Source of the DNA: Nitrosopumilus sp.
GTDB lineage: Archaea > Thermoproteota > Nitrososphaeria > Nitrososphaerales > Nitrosopumilaceae
DNA length: 64,000 bases
Assembly (NCBI GenBank): GCA_965214775.1
Contig: OZ243974.1
Span: 2,528,001-2,592,000 of the forward strand
Direction: 5' to 3'
A program made the position numbers and the translations under genes. Within the stretch, counting starts at the first letter, position 1. Every line of letters starts with the position of its first letter. Shown piece by piece: positions 49,959-60,595 of this stretch. Below the pieces are notes generated by a model. The model had not been told where the DNA came from. It worked only from the letters and a program-made list of their open reading frames with translations, and searched no databases.

Positions 49959-50545
49959 AATTTTTGATCATAGACAATTACGATTCGTTTGTTTTCAATA
50001 TCGCCCAATACTTGGGGGAAATCGGAGTCGATTCAGACGTAGTACGGAACGACAAGATCACATTAGAAGAGATCAAAGAATCAGATTATGATGCCATCAT
50101 AATCTCTCCTGGTCCGGGAACTCCCGAAGATAAAAGGTACTTTGGCGTGTGCAGCGATGTCATCAAAGACATCGGAAGGCAGACCCCCATACTCGGGGTC
50201 TGTTTAGGACATCAAGGAATCATTCACGCGTTTGGAGGAAAAGTAACAAATGCAGGATGTGTCAGGCATGGAAAAACAAGTCCGATAAACCATGAGAATT
50301 CGAGACTGTTCAGGGATGTAAGGAATCCGTTTAGAGCAACCAGATATCACAGTTTGGTAGGAGACAAGGCAATAATTCCAGACATTCTTGAAGTCACGGC
50401 AACTGCAGCTGATGATGGGGAGGTCATGGCAATCAGACACAAGGAATTCCTGATCGAGGGGGTTCAGTTTCATCCAGAGTCAATCATGACCGAAGATGGA
50501 AAGAAGATTTTGGAGAATTTTGTAAGCGAGGTGAAAACAAGATGA
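49955..50545 (+). CDS. trpG: Anthranilate synthase component II
   Basis: IIDNYDSF, SPGPG, GVCLGHQ, QFHPES; TTG start overlapping the trpE stop. Confidence 0.95.
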   Translation: MKFLIIDNYDSFVFNIAQYLGEIGVDSDVVRNDKITLEEIKESDYDAIIISPGPGTPEDKRYFGVCSDVIKDIGRQTPILGVCLGHQGIIHAFGGKVTNAGCVRHGKTSPINHENSRLFRDVRNPFRATRYHSLVGDKAIIPDILEVTATAADDGEVMAIRHKEFLIEGVQFHPESIMTEDGKKILENFVSEVKTR

Positions 50546-51585
50546 CCATTGTGGAAATTATCTCAAAATTACAAGGCAGGGCGGATCTTACATACGATGA
50601 GATCAACGGCGTCATGGCAAACGTTCTTTCCGGAGACACGACGCTTGAAGAAAACATGGAATTCCTGTCAAGCCTTGCTGAAAAGGGGGAGACAGATGAC
50701 GAGTTATTCGGGATGCTTGAGAAGATGCAAGAACTGTCGCTGAAAGTTGATCTAAGGACAGACGGGACAGTCATTGACATGTGTGGAACCGGGGGAGACA
50801 GATTGCAGACGTTTAACATCTCAACTGCGGCATCATTTGTGGTTGCTGCAGCAGGAGGCAAGGTTGCAAAGCATGGCAACCGATCTAGCTCAGGCGTTTC
50901 AGGCAGTGCAGACATCTTTGAGTATTTCGGATACGATTTGAACCAAGAGCCATCCAAGATTGCCAAAACGCTAGAAAAGCACAACATCTGTTTCATGTTT
51001 GCACAGAAATTCCATCCAGCTATGAGGCATGTTGGGCCTGCAAGAAAGCAGCTGGGAAGAAGAACCGCGTTTAACCTGCTAGGACCGCTGTCAAATCCGG
51101 CAAATGTAAAGAATCAACTGGTGGGGGTCTTTTCAATCGAGTATCTAGACAGACTTCCTTCCATTCTAAAGAGAAGGGGAGCTGAAAACATCATGACGGT
51201 ACGCTCGGATGATGGAATGGACGAATTTTCAACCAGTTCTGTCAACAGGGTGTGCATTCTAAGGGATGGCAGGGTTCTGACATATGCAATAGATCCTGAA
51301 ATTCTCGGACTGCACAAGTCAAATCTTAAAGACATTCAGATCGCAACAAAAGAAGAGGCAGTCAGTTCCTTTGTCAGCGTGCTAAACAATACAGCAAACA
51401 GGTCAATGATTGAAACATGTGCGCTAAACGCAGCAGGGGGTTTGATTGTCGCAAACAAGGCTGCAAATTTTGAGGAGGCAGTTCAAATCGCATTAAATAC
51501 GATTGATAGCGGAGATGCATTCAAATTGTTAGAGAGTTTTCTCAAGGATGCAGGAGACATTTCAAGATTAAGGGAGACGGCATGA
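50542..51585 (+). CDS. trpD: Anthranilate phosphoribosyltransferase
   Basis: CGTGGD, NIST, KHGNRSSSGVSGSAD. Confidence 0.97.
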   Translation: MTIVEIISKLQGRADLTYDEINGVMANVLSGDTTLEENMEFLSSLAEKGETDDELFGMLEKMQELSLKVDLRTDGTVIDMCGTGGDRLQTFNISTAASFVVAAAGGKVAKHGNRSSSGVSGSADIFEYFGYDLNQEPSKIAKTLEKHNICFMFAQKFHPAMRHVGPARKQLGRRTAFNLLGPLSNPANVKNQLVGVFSIEYLDRLPSILKRRGAENIMTVRSDDGMDEFSTSSVNRVCILRDGRVLTYAIDPEILGLHKSNLKDIQIATKEEAVSSFVSVLNNTANRSMIETCALNAAGGLIVANKAANFEEAVQIALNTIDSGDAFKLLESFLKDAGDISRLRETA

Positions 51586-52361
51586 TGGCTGAAAATATTC
51601 TAAGAAAACTGGTAAGCAATTCCCAAGTGGCAATAGATGACGGAACATACGACATAGATGTCAATTTAGAAAGATCTCAGAAAGACTTTATTCAGATAAT
51701 CAGCACAAATCCACACCCAACCCTTCTGACTGAAATCAAATTCGCATCGCCGTCGCTAGGAAAAATAAGAACTGTTTCAGATCCTGCAAGCGTGGCAAAA
51801 CAGATGATTTCTGGAGGCTCAAGGGCACTCTCGGTTCTGACACAGCCGCATTTGTTTAGCGGTTCGCCAGATTATTTTATCAAGGTAAGAGAGGCAGTAG
51901 GCGTTCCCCTGCTGATGAAAGACATCATGATAGACAAAATCCAAATTGACGCTGCTAAAAAGATGGGTGCAGACTATATACTTCTAATACAGTCATTGTT
52001 TGACAATGGGTTTCTAAGTGAAATTGGCGAGTTTATCGATTACGGGCACAAAAAAGGATTGAAGATACTGCTTGAAGTCCACACAAAAGACGAATTCAAA
52101 AATGCACTAGGGACAAATGCGGACCTGATTGGAATCAACAACAGGAATCTAGATACTCTGGAGATCGATCTTGGCACTACCAGAAAGGTTCTTGAGAACT
52201 TTGATGGTTCTCGTCCAATTCTCTCTGAGAGCGGGATTCAAACGCCAGAAGACATCCGGTATTTGAAGAAATGCGGCGCCAAGGCATTTCTGGTCGGCTC
52301 AAGCATTATGAAAAGTGGCGGCATTGAAGAACAAGTAAGGGGGTTGGCAAGGGCATATTGA
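51582..52361 (+). CDS. trpC: Indole-3-glycerol-phosphate synthase
   Basis: [25 protein letters not shown]. Confidence 0.95.
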   Translation: MMAENILRKLVSNSQVAIDDGTYDIDVNLERSQKDFIQIISTNPHPTLLTEIKFASPSLGKIRTVSDPASVAKQMISGGSRALSVLTQPHLFSGSPDYFIKVREAVGVPLLMKDIMIDKIQIDAAKKMGADYILLIQSLFDNGFLSEIGEFIDYGHKKGLKILLEVHTKDEFKNALGTNADLIGINNRNLDTLEIDLGTTRKVLENFDGSRPILSESGIQTPEDIRYLKKCGAKAFLVGSSIMKSGGIEEQVRGLARAY

Positions 52362-53545
52362 AATATCCCAAAAATGGCAAGTTTGGCGAATTTGGAGGAA
52401 AGTTTATTCCCGAAACACTGGTTCCTGCAGTCGAGGAGCTGGAAGAAAACTATCTCAAATTTAGGAACAACAAGGAATTCAAAGAAGAGCTGAGGTATTA
52501 TCTCAAAGTGTATGCCGGAAGGCCAACCCCGCTATACTATGCAAAAAATCTCTCAGAAAAGCTAGGCGGCGCCAGAATCTACCTAAAAAGAGAGGATCTG
52601 CTTCACGGGGGGGCGCACAAGATCAACAACACGCTAGGCCAGGCCCTTCTTGCAAAAAAAATGAAAAAAAAGAGAATCATTGCCGAAACAGGAGCCGGAC
52701 AGCACGGAGTAGCCACAGCAATGGCATGTGCTGCACTTGGAATGAAGGCAGAGGTATACATGGGATACAAGGACACGATTCGTCAAAAACTCAACGTGTT
52801 TAGAATGAATTTGCTCGGCTCGCAAGTGCACCCGGTAAAATCAGGCTCAGAGACTCTCAAGGATGCAATCAACGAGGCAATCCGAGATTGGATTACCAAT
52901 GTAGAGGCAACATACTACCTTCTTGGCTCAGCTGTAGGGCCTCACCCGTATCCTGTAATGGTCAGAGACTTTCAAAGTGTGATTGGAAACGAGATAAAAT
53001 CACAGATGAAAAAAATAAACAGGGCGCCAGACAATGTTATTGCTTGCGTTGGGGGAGGATCAAATGCCATTGGAACGTTTTACCCACTAGCAGACACGGA
53101 TGCAGAAATTATAGGAGTAGAAGCTGCAGGGCACGGATTAAAGTCAAAGAAACATTCAGCAACGCTGTCTGCAGGAAGCAAGGGGGTCTTGCACGGAATG
53201 ATGACATATCTGCTGCAAGACAAGGAAGGTCAGATTGCTCAAACGCACAGTATTTCAGCTGGACTGGACTATCCCGGAGTCGGGCCTGAACATTCCTACC
53301 TCAAGGACACAAAACGTGTAAAGTATCATGCTGCAACTGACTCTGAAGTAATTGACGCGTTTTTGATGCTGACAAGAACAGAAGGGATCATTCCGGCATT
53401 AGAATCGGCACATGCAATTGCCGAGGCAATCAAGGTAGCAAGGAAGGCAAAGAAATCAGAATCAGTTGTCGTAACGCTTTCAGGAAGGGGGGACAAGGAT
53501 GTCGAAGAGGTACAAAACCATTTGAATAAAAATGTCAAGGATTAA
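52358..53545 (+). CDS. trpB: Tryptophan synthase beta chain
   Basis: [26 protein letters not shown]. Confidence 0.98.
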   Translation: MKYPKNGKFGEFGGKFIPETLVPAVEELEENYLKFRNNKEFKEELRYYLKVYAGRPTPLYYAKNLSEKLGGARIYLKREDLLHGGAHKINNTLGQALLAKKMKKKRIIAETGAGQHGVATAMACAALGMKAEVYMGYKDTIRQKLNVFRMNLLGSQVHPVKSGSETLKDAINEAIRDWITNVEATYYLLGSAVGPHPYPVMVRDFQSVIGNEIKSQMKKINRAPDNVIACVGGGSNAIGTFYPLADTDAEIIGVEAAGHGLKSKKHSATLSAGSKGVLHGMMTYLLQDKEGQIAQTHSISAGLDYPGVGPEHSYLKDTKRVKYHAATDSEVIDAFLMLTRTEGIIPALESAHAIAEAIKVARKAKKSESVVVTLSGRGDKDVEEVQNHLNKNVKD

Positions 53546-54332
53546 GAAAAAATTCACAGAGTTGAATTCAAGAAATCAAAAGGCCCTGATTTCATATATT
53601 ATGGCAGGGTATCCAGACGAAGAGGCGACGCTTGCCATAGTAAGGGGATTGGTCAAGGGAGGGGCAGACATCATTGAACTGGGCTTTCCATTTTCAGATC
53701 CTCTGGCAGACGGGCCAGTCATTCAGAATGCAGGCACAATTTCGCTGGAAAGTGGCACAAAGACAGGGGGGTTTTTCAGCATTGTCAAGAAGATCAGAAG
53801 GGAGACAGATATTCCGCTTGTACTGATGACGTATACCAACATTCTGTACCGCAGAGGATTTTCAAGGTTCATCGCAGATGCAAAAAATGCAGGGATTGAC
53901 GGGTTTATTCTTCCGGACATGTCAATTGAAGAGTCAGGAGAATACCTCAAGGCCGCAAAAAATCATGCAGATACAATCTTCCTGATTTCGCCGAATACCG
54001 GCAAGGCAAGAATCGACAAGATTGCCAGGGCATCGTCAGGATTTCTGTATCTAGTTGCAGTGTTTGGGACAACCGGAGTCAAAACCGGGGTTAAGAGATA
54101 CACGCTGGATGCGATAAAAAAAGTAAAGAGGCAGACCAAGGGAAAAATTCCAGTCGGGATCGGTTTTGGAGTTTCAACGCCCCGGGACGTTAAAAGATAC
54201 GTCAGGGCAGGCGCAGATGCAGTAATCGTGGGAAGTGCGTATTTGAAGCTAATAGAAAAGACCCCGGAAAAACAACTAGAATCAAAAATATCGTCGTTTA
54301 CAAGGCAGTTAAAAAAAGAGACGGTTCTCTAG
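53532..54332 (+). CDS. trpA: Tryptophan synthase alpha chain
   Basis: [25 protein letters not shown]. Confidence 0.97.
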   Translation: MSRIKKKFTELNSRNQKALISYIMAGYPDEEATLAIVRGLVKGGADIIELGFPFSDPLADGPVIQNAGTISLESGTKTGGFFSIVKKIRRETDIPLVLMTYTNILYRRGFSRFIADAKNAGIDGFILPDMSIEESGEYLKAAKNHADTIFLISPNTGKARIDKIARASSGFLYLVAVFGTTGVKTGVKRYTLDAIKKVKRQTKGKIPVGIGFGVSTPRDVKRYVRAGADAVIVGSAYLKLIEKTPEKQLESKISSFTRQLKKETVL

Positions 54333-54506
54333 TCAGTCCGTTGAAGAAAGGTGGCCGGACAGACATGCACACTGCAACACGGGGAACTTTCCTCAATGAC
54401 CACCGTTTCTAGAGGTTCTCACAACAGTATGGGGCATCAAGGATAAAAAAATTATGTCTGGGAATCCTAAAGAATGTTAAAAAATTTTAAAAAAATTTCA
54501 CATCTG

Positions 54507-55347
54507 TTAGGATCGCATTAGAAGGCATAGTCTGGAACGAATCAAAAGCGTGCTGGAAACCAACCCGACGCCCAAGATTCCAGCTGCAAGAAAGCCAAAT
54601 TCAGGAATTACACGGGTTCCCATAATTTTGACTTGTTTTGCATACGGCTCTGGGAATTATTAATTTCAGGCCCGAAGAGGTTTCTTCAGTTTCAAAGCCG
54701 GTCATGGCCCCATCAACCCAGACGGCGTTGGGATTTTCAATCAGTTCCGGGGGCAGGATCAGCGCAATTTGATCACTTTGGGTGTCTCCAGAAATGACAA
54801 AGGTGACCGTGTTCTCATCGGCATCGATGTGAACTTTGCGTTGAAGGTTTGCATCCAGAACATATCTTACCTCAAATCCCATGCCATCCTCGACAAAGTC
54901 CGAACCCACTCCGTCAATGGAACGGACACCGCTTGCCGGATCCTTTTTGACGTGAACGATTCCAGTCATGAAAGGGCGAATGCTGCAAAAATAATAACAG
55001 TCGCCAATCTCGTCAAATCTCTGAGCATATGATTTTCCTGCAGTAAAAAAGCCGCCATCAAAAACCCCGTCTGCCACAAACTCGCCTGACTGGTAGCTTT
55101 CTGCAGTTACAGAAGTTACGGTGTGAAATGCCGTGTCGGCATTTTGCCATTCCACAGAATCTCCGGGCTGAACGGCAATTATGCCGCTAGTCACGCCGGT
55201 GGATTCTTCAAACCAAAAGTAAGGGGTGCCAGGATCTGGTGCCCCAAAGGGGATGGTTATCTCGTATTTTTCGGCAAACGCAACGACGCCGTCAAGGGCA
55301 AACGCAGACAAGAGCAAAATCGGCAGGACCAGCAGAGATGAGCGCAT
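54507..55347 (-). pseudogene. Plastocyanin-like blue copper protein with a frameshifted PEFG-CTERM anchor
   Basis: HTVTS...YYFCSIRPFM cupredoxin loop; the alternative frame from about 54649 reads EPYAKQVKIMGTRVIPEFGFLAAGILGVGLV. Confidence 0.85.
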
Positions 55348-55427
55348 GGGCTAATTTGCCACAGGCTATGTTTCAATCACGATCTGATCGGCAAAACATA
55401 CAAAAACCAGATATTCGTTTCATTAAT

Positions 55428-57092
55428 GTGCAGACGAAGTTTATTTTTGTCACAGGTGGCGTCATGTCCGGCCTTGGAAAAGGCGTTACGACCTCGTCGG
55501 TTGCAAAATTACTGCAGTTGGCAGACCAAAAGGTCTCTTGCATCAAAATAGATCCATATCTCAATTACGATGCTGGAACGATGAACCCCGTAGCTCACGG
55601 AGAGGTCTTTGTCACAGAGGACGGGGGAGAGTGCGACATGGATATTGGAAATTATGAAAGGTTTCTAAATCAAAATATTGCCAAAAGCCACAACATTACG
55701 ACGGCCCAGGTGTACTCTTCAGTAATAGAGGCAGAAAGAAAGGGGGAGTACCTTGGGGCATGTGTGCAAATCATTCCCCACATTACAGATGAAATAAAAA
55801 ACAGAATCAGGAACATTGCAAAAGGCGAGGAGCTGGACTTTCTGATTGTAGAGTGCGGCGGAACGGTGGGGGATATCGAATCGCTTCCATTCTTAGAAGC
55901 GCTAAGGCAGATGAGGGTGGAGGAAGGTCCCCGGGGAGTCATTTTTGTTCATGTTACATTGGCTCCCTCGCTAGATGTCGTAGGCGAGCAGAAAACCAAG
56001 CCAACCCAGCACAGCGTTCAGGAATTGAGAAGGATTGGCATTCAGCCGGATTTTCTTGCAGTAAGGTGCACTTTGCCCTTGGAAGAAAAGACAAAAAAGA
56101 AGATGGCAATGTTCACAAATGTCAGGCCAGACGATGTCCTGTCTTGCCATGACGCAAAGTCAATTTTTGAGGTTCCTCAAATTCTTTATGGCCAAGGAAT
56201 CATGGATTCGATGTTTACCAAGTTCAACAAAGTAGGAATGGTAAACGCTTCGGCAAACTGGGACAGATGGAACAGGATTGCCGAAAACATGGCAGGCCGC
56301 AAAGGCCAGAAAGTCAGCATAGCAATGGTCGGAAAATACGTCGCCCTGGCTGACAGTTATGTCAGTGTCAACCATGCCCTAAAGCATGCAGGGGCGCAAA
56401 TCGGAAAATCAGTGGATATTGACTGGGTTGATTCAGAGTCAATTTCCGATTGCAGTGCCCTGTTAAATTATGACGGCATACTGGTTCCGGGGGGTTTTGG
56501 CACCAGGGGATCAGAGGGGATTATTCAGACTGCGGACTTTGCCAGGAAAAACAACATCCCATATCTTGGCATATGTTTTGGGTTTCAGCTAGCAGCAGTG
56601 GCATTTGGAAGAAGCGTTCTAAAGTTAGACGATGCAAATTCGACTGAAATCAATGCAGATACCAAAGCGCCGATTGTTGATCTGCTGCCTGAACAAAAAG
56701 ACACCCCGGAGATGGGCGGATCATTGAGGCTGGGAGCCAACAGCATACGTATTAAAGAAAGTTCCACGGCACAGAAAATCTACAATTCGGATTCGATCAG
56801 CAAGCGCCACAGACACAGATATGAGATCAACAGAGAATACATCCCGGAGTTTGAAAGGAGAGGATTGGTATTTTCTGCAGAAAGCGACGGCGGAAAAAGG
56901 ATGGAGATACTAGAAATACCAGATCATAAATTCTACCTGGGAGTTCAGTTCCATCCGGAGTTCAATAGCAGGCCAGGATTCCCAGAAGAGTCATTTGTCG
57001 CATTTCTCAAAGCGGCCTCTGAGCAAAACGCCATCCAGACACAAAAGTCTGACGAGGGTGCAAACAGATTGCAAGAACAGACAACGTCATAA
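55428..57092 (+). CDS. pyrG: CTP synthase
   Basis: TKFIFVTGGVMSGLGKG, GICFG, RHRHRYE, QFHPE; GTG start. Confidence 0.98.
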   Translation: MQTKFIFVTGGVMSGLGKGVTTSSVAKLLQLADQKVSCIKIDPYLNYDAGTMNPVAHGEVFVTEDGGECDMDIGNYERFLNQNIAKSHNITTAQVYSSVIEAERKGEYLGACVQIIPHITDEIKNRIRNIAKGEELDFLIVECGGTVGDIESLPFLEALRQMRVEEGPRGVIFVHVTLAPSLDVVGEQKTKPTQHSVQELRRIGIQPDFLAVRCTLPLEEKTKKKMAMFTNVRPDDVLSCHDAKSIFEVPQILYGQGIMDSMFTKFNKVGMVNASANWDRWNRIAENMAGRKGQKVSIAMVGKYVALADSYVSVNHALKHAGAQIGKSVDIDWVDSESISDCSALLNYDGILVPGGFGTRGSEGIIQTADFARKNNIPYLGICFGFQLAAVAFGRSVLKLDDANSTEINADTKAPIVDLLPEQKDTPEMGGSLRLGANSIRIKESSTAQKIYNSDSISKRHRHRYEINREYIPEFERRGLVFSAESDGGKRMEILEIPDHKFYLGVQFHPEFNSRPGFPEESFVAFLKAASEQNAIQTQKSDEGANRLQEQTTS

Positions 57093-57259
57093 CAGCCAGA
57101 TGACAGCACCAAAAAGCGCGTAAGGGAACGGCCCACCACGGAAGCAAGGGTTGCCGTTCGTCTAGAGGAATGCCCCGGGAAAGAGTCAAAAAAGAAAAGT
57201 CAAGGCAGCAAAGGAAGGCAGATCCCGCACCTGCCAGTCTCTCCAAGATTGGCCGGGAT

Positions 57260-58261
57260 CTATTCCAGTTTGGAGATCTCGTAGATTTTTTGCCGGGCAT
57301 CGCGAATAGACACCTTTTTTTTGACATACCCTTTTTTTAGCAAGTGGCTGAGTGCCAGTCTTACCGTCCTGCCAGGCAGCAAAGTCTTGTTGGCAAGATC
57401 TTTCTGGGTTAGCGCGCCTTCGTATTCAAGGGTTTTTAGAAGAAGTTTTGAGCTTGGAGGCATACTGAGCAATTCTTCGGCAAGATGGACCTTTTTTGCC
57501 AACGCAGAGATTGCAGTAGAGTCTTTTTTTAATCGGATGATCTTTGCAGGAGGCAGAAATTGTGTGCATTCGACGGTCTTGTTTACTTTGTACCTGTCCA
57601 GTCCATCAAGGACTGCCTCGCAATGCAGCCGGGCAGATATGTCGTCAATTTCGATGGAGCTGCAGTTTGAGACGATTATTGGGCGCCTGGTAACATCAAG
57701 GGAGTTTACAGATATTATTTCAAAGGCTGCAGAATCCTCAAAGAGCACAGGCCCGCCTGCAGACATCGAATACGCAGAAGAGCCAATCGGGGTAGAAACA
57801 ATGACGCCGTCGCCGTTGTCGTGCCATACCTCCTTGCCGTTTACTCGCAGCGTATGCTCCATCAGCATGGCGCTTTTTGACGAAAAAACAGCAACGTCAT
57901 TTAATACGGGATAGACGCTCTTGCCGTCAATTTTTACGCCCAGTCGGGGAACTTCTTCTATTGAGAAATCCTGTCTTTTTAGTATGTCAACATATGATGG
58001 GAACTCCCTTAGCTCAATTTGTGCCAAGAACCCGCTTGCTTCACCTTCGTTGATTCCCAAAACAGGAGACGCCGAATCAGACGTTCTGTGAAAATAGTTT
58101 CTGACGCCCTTGTCCCCGCCTAAAACAACAATGCAGTCTGCCTGCCTGCTGCTCTTTGACTTTGTAATTGCAAATGACTTGATGTCGTTTTCATCCAGGA
58201 TTTTCTTGATTGCTTTTGCGGCACTGCCTGCAGTGCCTGAACCATAGATCCCTATTTGCAT
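57260..58261 (-). CDS. NAD kinase-like protein with a C-terminal winged HTH
   Basis: LGGDK, LND, STPIGSSAYSMSAGGP; C-terminal LTQKDLANKTLLPGRTVRLAL HTH. Confidence 0.88.
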   Translation of the reverse strand: MQIGIYGSGTAGSAAKAIKKILDENDIKSFAITKSKSSRQADCIVVLGGDKGVRNYFHRTSDSASPVLGINEGEASGFLAQIELREFPSYVDILKRQDFSIEEVPRLGVKIDGKSVYPVLNDVAVFSSKSAMLMEHTLRVNGKEVWHDNGDGVIVSTPIGSSAYSMSAGGPVLFEDSAAFEIISVNSLDVTRRPIIVSNCSSIEIDDISARLHCEAVLDGLDRYKVNKTVECTQFLPPAKIIRLKKDSTAISALAKKVHLAEELLSMPPSSKLLLKTLEYEGALTQKDLANKTLLPGRTVRLALSHLLKKGYVKKKVSIRDARQKIYEISKLE

Positions 58262-58303
58262 GTTTGAAAGAAACTCTCAGCACAATAAAAGAATACTCCT
58301 ATG

Positions 58304-59188
58304 TTATAAATCACGGAATTTTACAAGATTGTAAAAGTAAGAAGCGTTGGTCTGAATGGCGCTCTTTTGGGGAATTTTTTGCAGTCCCACGTTCTTGGAG
58401 TCCAAAGCGGCCTGAGCAGCACCGCCTGCAAAGCACAGAGCCCACAAGTAGTCCTTTTCCTTTAACATGGTACAGCAAAAAGCGGAGCAGAAAATGTCTC
58501 CAATTCCGGTGGTATCATGAATTTCTTTGCTGGGCAGGGTGATCGAATAGACCTTGTCTTTGAGAAGGAGTGAGACGTCTGTTTTGTTTGTCAGGAGAAC
58601 GTATTTTGCGCCCTTTTTTTGCAAGGCAGCCATCATTTCGTCATGAGTGCCACTTGTCATACAGGCAGCTTCCTCAGGATTGACCTTGACTGCGTCAACA
58701 CCAGTCAAATCAACGTCTTTGTTTTGTAGCAAAACATTTTTTTCCGAATCCACAGTTCGTAAAAACCCCTGCGGGTCTACAAAAAGAAAATTTGAATCCC
58801 TTTTGATTTGCTTGAAAATATCGCCAGATATTTCATGGTAAATCGGACTGACAAGATGGCAGTCTGCATCATCGCCGCTGCCGCCACTGCCAGGATATTC
58901 AATGGGTGCGCATTGGTTTTCAAGTTTCAGTGTGCGTTCTGCACCTGTAATATTTATTGCAAATTTTGTGGTTTTTGTATCAGATTCACAGTTCTCAAAG
59001 TTAATCCCGTTTTCAGAAAGATATTGTTTGGGGAAGTCTGGACCGAATTTCGAATACAAGTCAACATCAAACTTGAACTGTCTGGCAGTGATTCCGCAAT
59101 AGCATGCAGCCCCACCAATCTGCTCGTAATTTGAATCGCCTATGGTGATGTCATCAATTGCACAGTGGGAGAAAACAGACAGTTTCAT
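58304..59188 (-). CDS. PfkB-family carbohydrate kinase
   Basis: IGGAACY and DTTGIGDIF signatures. Confidence 0.9.
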   Translation of the reverse strand: MKLSVFSHCAIDDITIGDSNYEQIGGAACYCGITARQFKFDVDLYSKFGPDFPKQYLSENGINFENCESDTKTTKFAINITGAERTLKLENQCAPIEYPGSGGSGDDADCHLVSPIYHEISGDIFKQIKRDSNFLFVDPQGFLRTVDSEKNVLLQNKDVDLTGVDAVKVNPEEAACMTSGTHDEMMAALQKKGAKYVLLTNKTDVSLLLKDKVYSITLPSKEIHDTTGIGDIFCSAFCCTMLKEKDYLWALCFAGGAAQAALDSKNVGLQKIPQKSAIQTNASYFYNLVKFRDL

Positions 59189-59671
59189 TTCTCTTGACTG
59201 CAGGGATTGGGGATTTAGTTTTTTGCATTGTTTTTGTTTGCACAGCCATGGCAAAGGATCTCGCCTTTTTCAACAACCAATTCGACTCCGGAACTATGAC
59301 AGGAATGGCACAAGCCCTTTAACGCCATCAATGGGAATTACGCGATCTATCATTAAAACATGCGGTGGTTTTGTGCCCGATTCAGGCTCAATGTACGGCA
59401 ACGGCAGGGCCCCACATGTCACTTTGCCAGCGGTAAACCGAAATCAAAAGCCGTACTAATTTTTCAGGTAATTTCACAGATGACTTGTATTTGTCGGTAT
59501 TTTGGGATGTTTTATGCAGATCTGCTCACAAGCAACCGGAATCGGCTAATCTCAAATCAGTTCTCAGAATCCGGAACGTCTCCTGCCCCCATGGCTGCTA
59601 TTTGGCATTTTTTGTCACATGCAAACCTAAAAAAATCTCATGAATATTATACCGAAAGGCCGTCCTAAAGT

Positions 59672-60565
59672 GTGATGATGTCTGCTTGGTTTCGAGTAAT
59701 TCGAGTCAGGTTTCTCCTATCTTCTGTAATCGGAGTCACAGTCGGCCTGTCTTTGAATTGGTGGCAGTATGATTCACTTGATATTCTTGATGGCGCTTTG
59801 ACGTTTGCAGGAGTAATGGCGCTTCATGCCAGCGTTGACTTGCTCAATGATTTTTGGGATTTTAAGCGAGGGATCGATACCCAGACTCCAAAAACAAAAA
59901 TGAGTGGCGGCACCGGCGTCTTGCCAGAAGGTTTGCTAAAACCTTCATCAGTGTATCGTGCAGGCATCGCATTTCTGATAATTGGCTCAGCTATTGGCGG
60001 ATACTTTGTCATAACTGACGGGATTGTCATTGCAGTGATTTTGGGATTTGCAATTCTTTCAATATACTTTTACTCGACAAAGATTGTCGACTCTGGCTTG
60101 GGAGAATTTTTTGTTGCAGTCAAGGGATCCATGATTGTGCTTGGAGCGTACTTTATCCAATCCGATCAGTTAACCGCAGAGGCTGCTATGGCAGGAGTCG
60201 TTATTGGGCCGTTATCTGCGCTAGTTCTTTTCATTGCATCGTTTCCTGATCATGATGCCGACAAATCCAAAGGACGAAAAACCCTGGTTGTTGCAGTAGG
60301 AAGGCAGGCTGCCTCAAGATTAATTTGGATTTTTCCCCTGGTCTCATATGCCGTAATTGTTGTCGGAGTTTCTTTGAATCTGTTTCCTATGATGTCTCTG
60401 ATTTGCCTTTTTACAGTTCCCATAATGGCAATGTTTGGAATTGGCTTGAAAAAGCACTGTCTGTCTGTTGAAGAGCTAATTCCGCACATGTCATCAGCCT
60501 TGATGTTTAGCAGGATTACCGGGGCTCTTTTTGTGGCAAGTTTTCTAATAGACTTGTATCTTTAG
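59672..60565 (+). CDS. menA: UbiA-family prenyltransferase (MenA-like)
   Basis: NDFWDFKRGID and DHDADKSKGRKT motifs; multiple TM segments. Confidence 0.8.
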   Translation: MMMSAWFRVIRVRFLLSSVIGVTVGLSLNWWQYDSLDILDGALTFAGVMALHASVDLLNDFWDFKRGIDTQTPKTKMSGGTGVLPEGLLKPSSVYRAGIAFLIIGSAIGGYFVITDGIVIAVILGFAILSIYFYSTKIVDSGLGEFFVAVKGSMIVLGAYFIQSDQLTAEAAMAGVVIGPLSALVLFIASFPDHDADKSKGRKTLVVAVGRQAASRLIWIFPLVSYAVIVVGVSLNLFPMMSLICLFTVPIMAMFGIGLKKHCLSVEELIPHMSSALMFSRITGALFVASFLIDLYL

Positions 60566-60595
60566 ACATAAATTTAGCATCCTAAAAGAGCAAGT

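Noticed and set aside
55239-55427. N-terminal extension of PyrG (likewise GatA 14637-14675, TrpG 49790-49954, PfkB 59189-59254)
   Set aside because: The extensions overlap neighbouring genes or promoters; conserved sequence starts downstream.
57093-57259. GC-rich spacer as a possible tRNA or structured RNA
   Set aside because: No cloverleaf, T-loop consensus or recognisable RNA-family motif.
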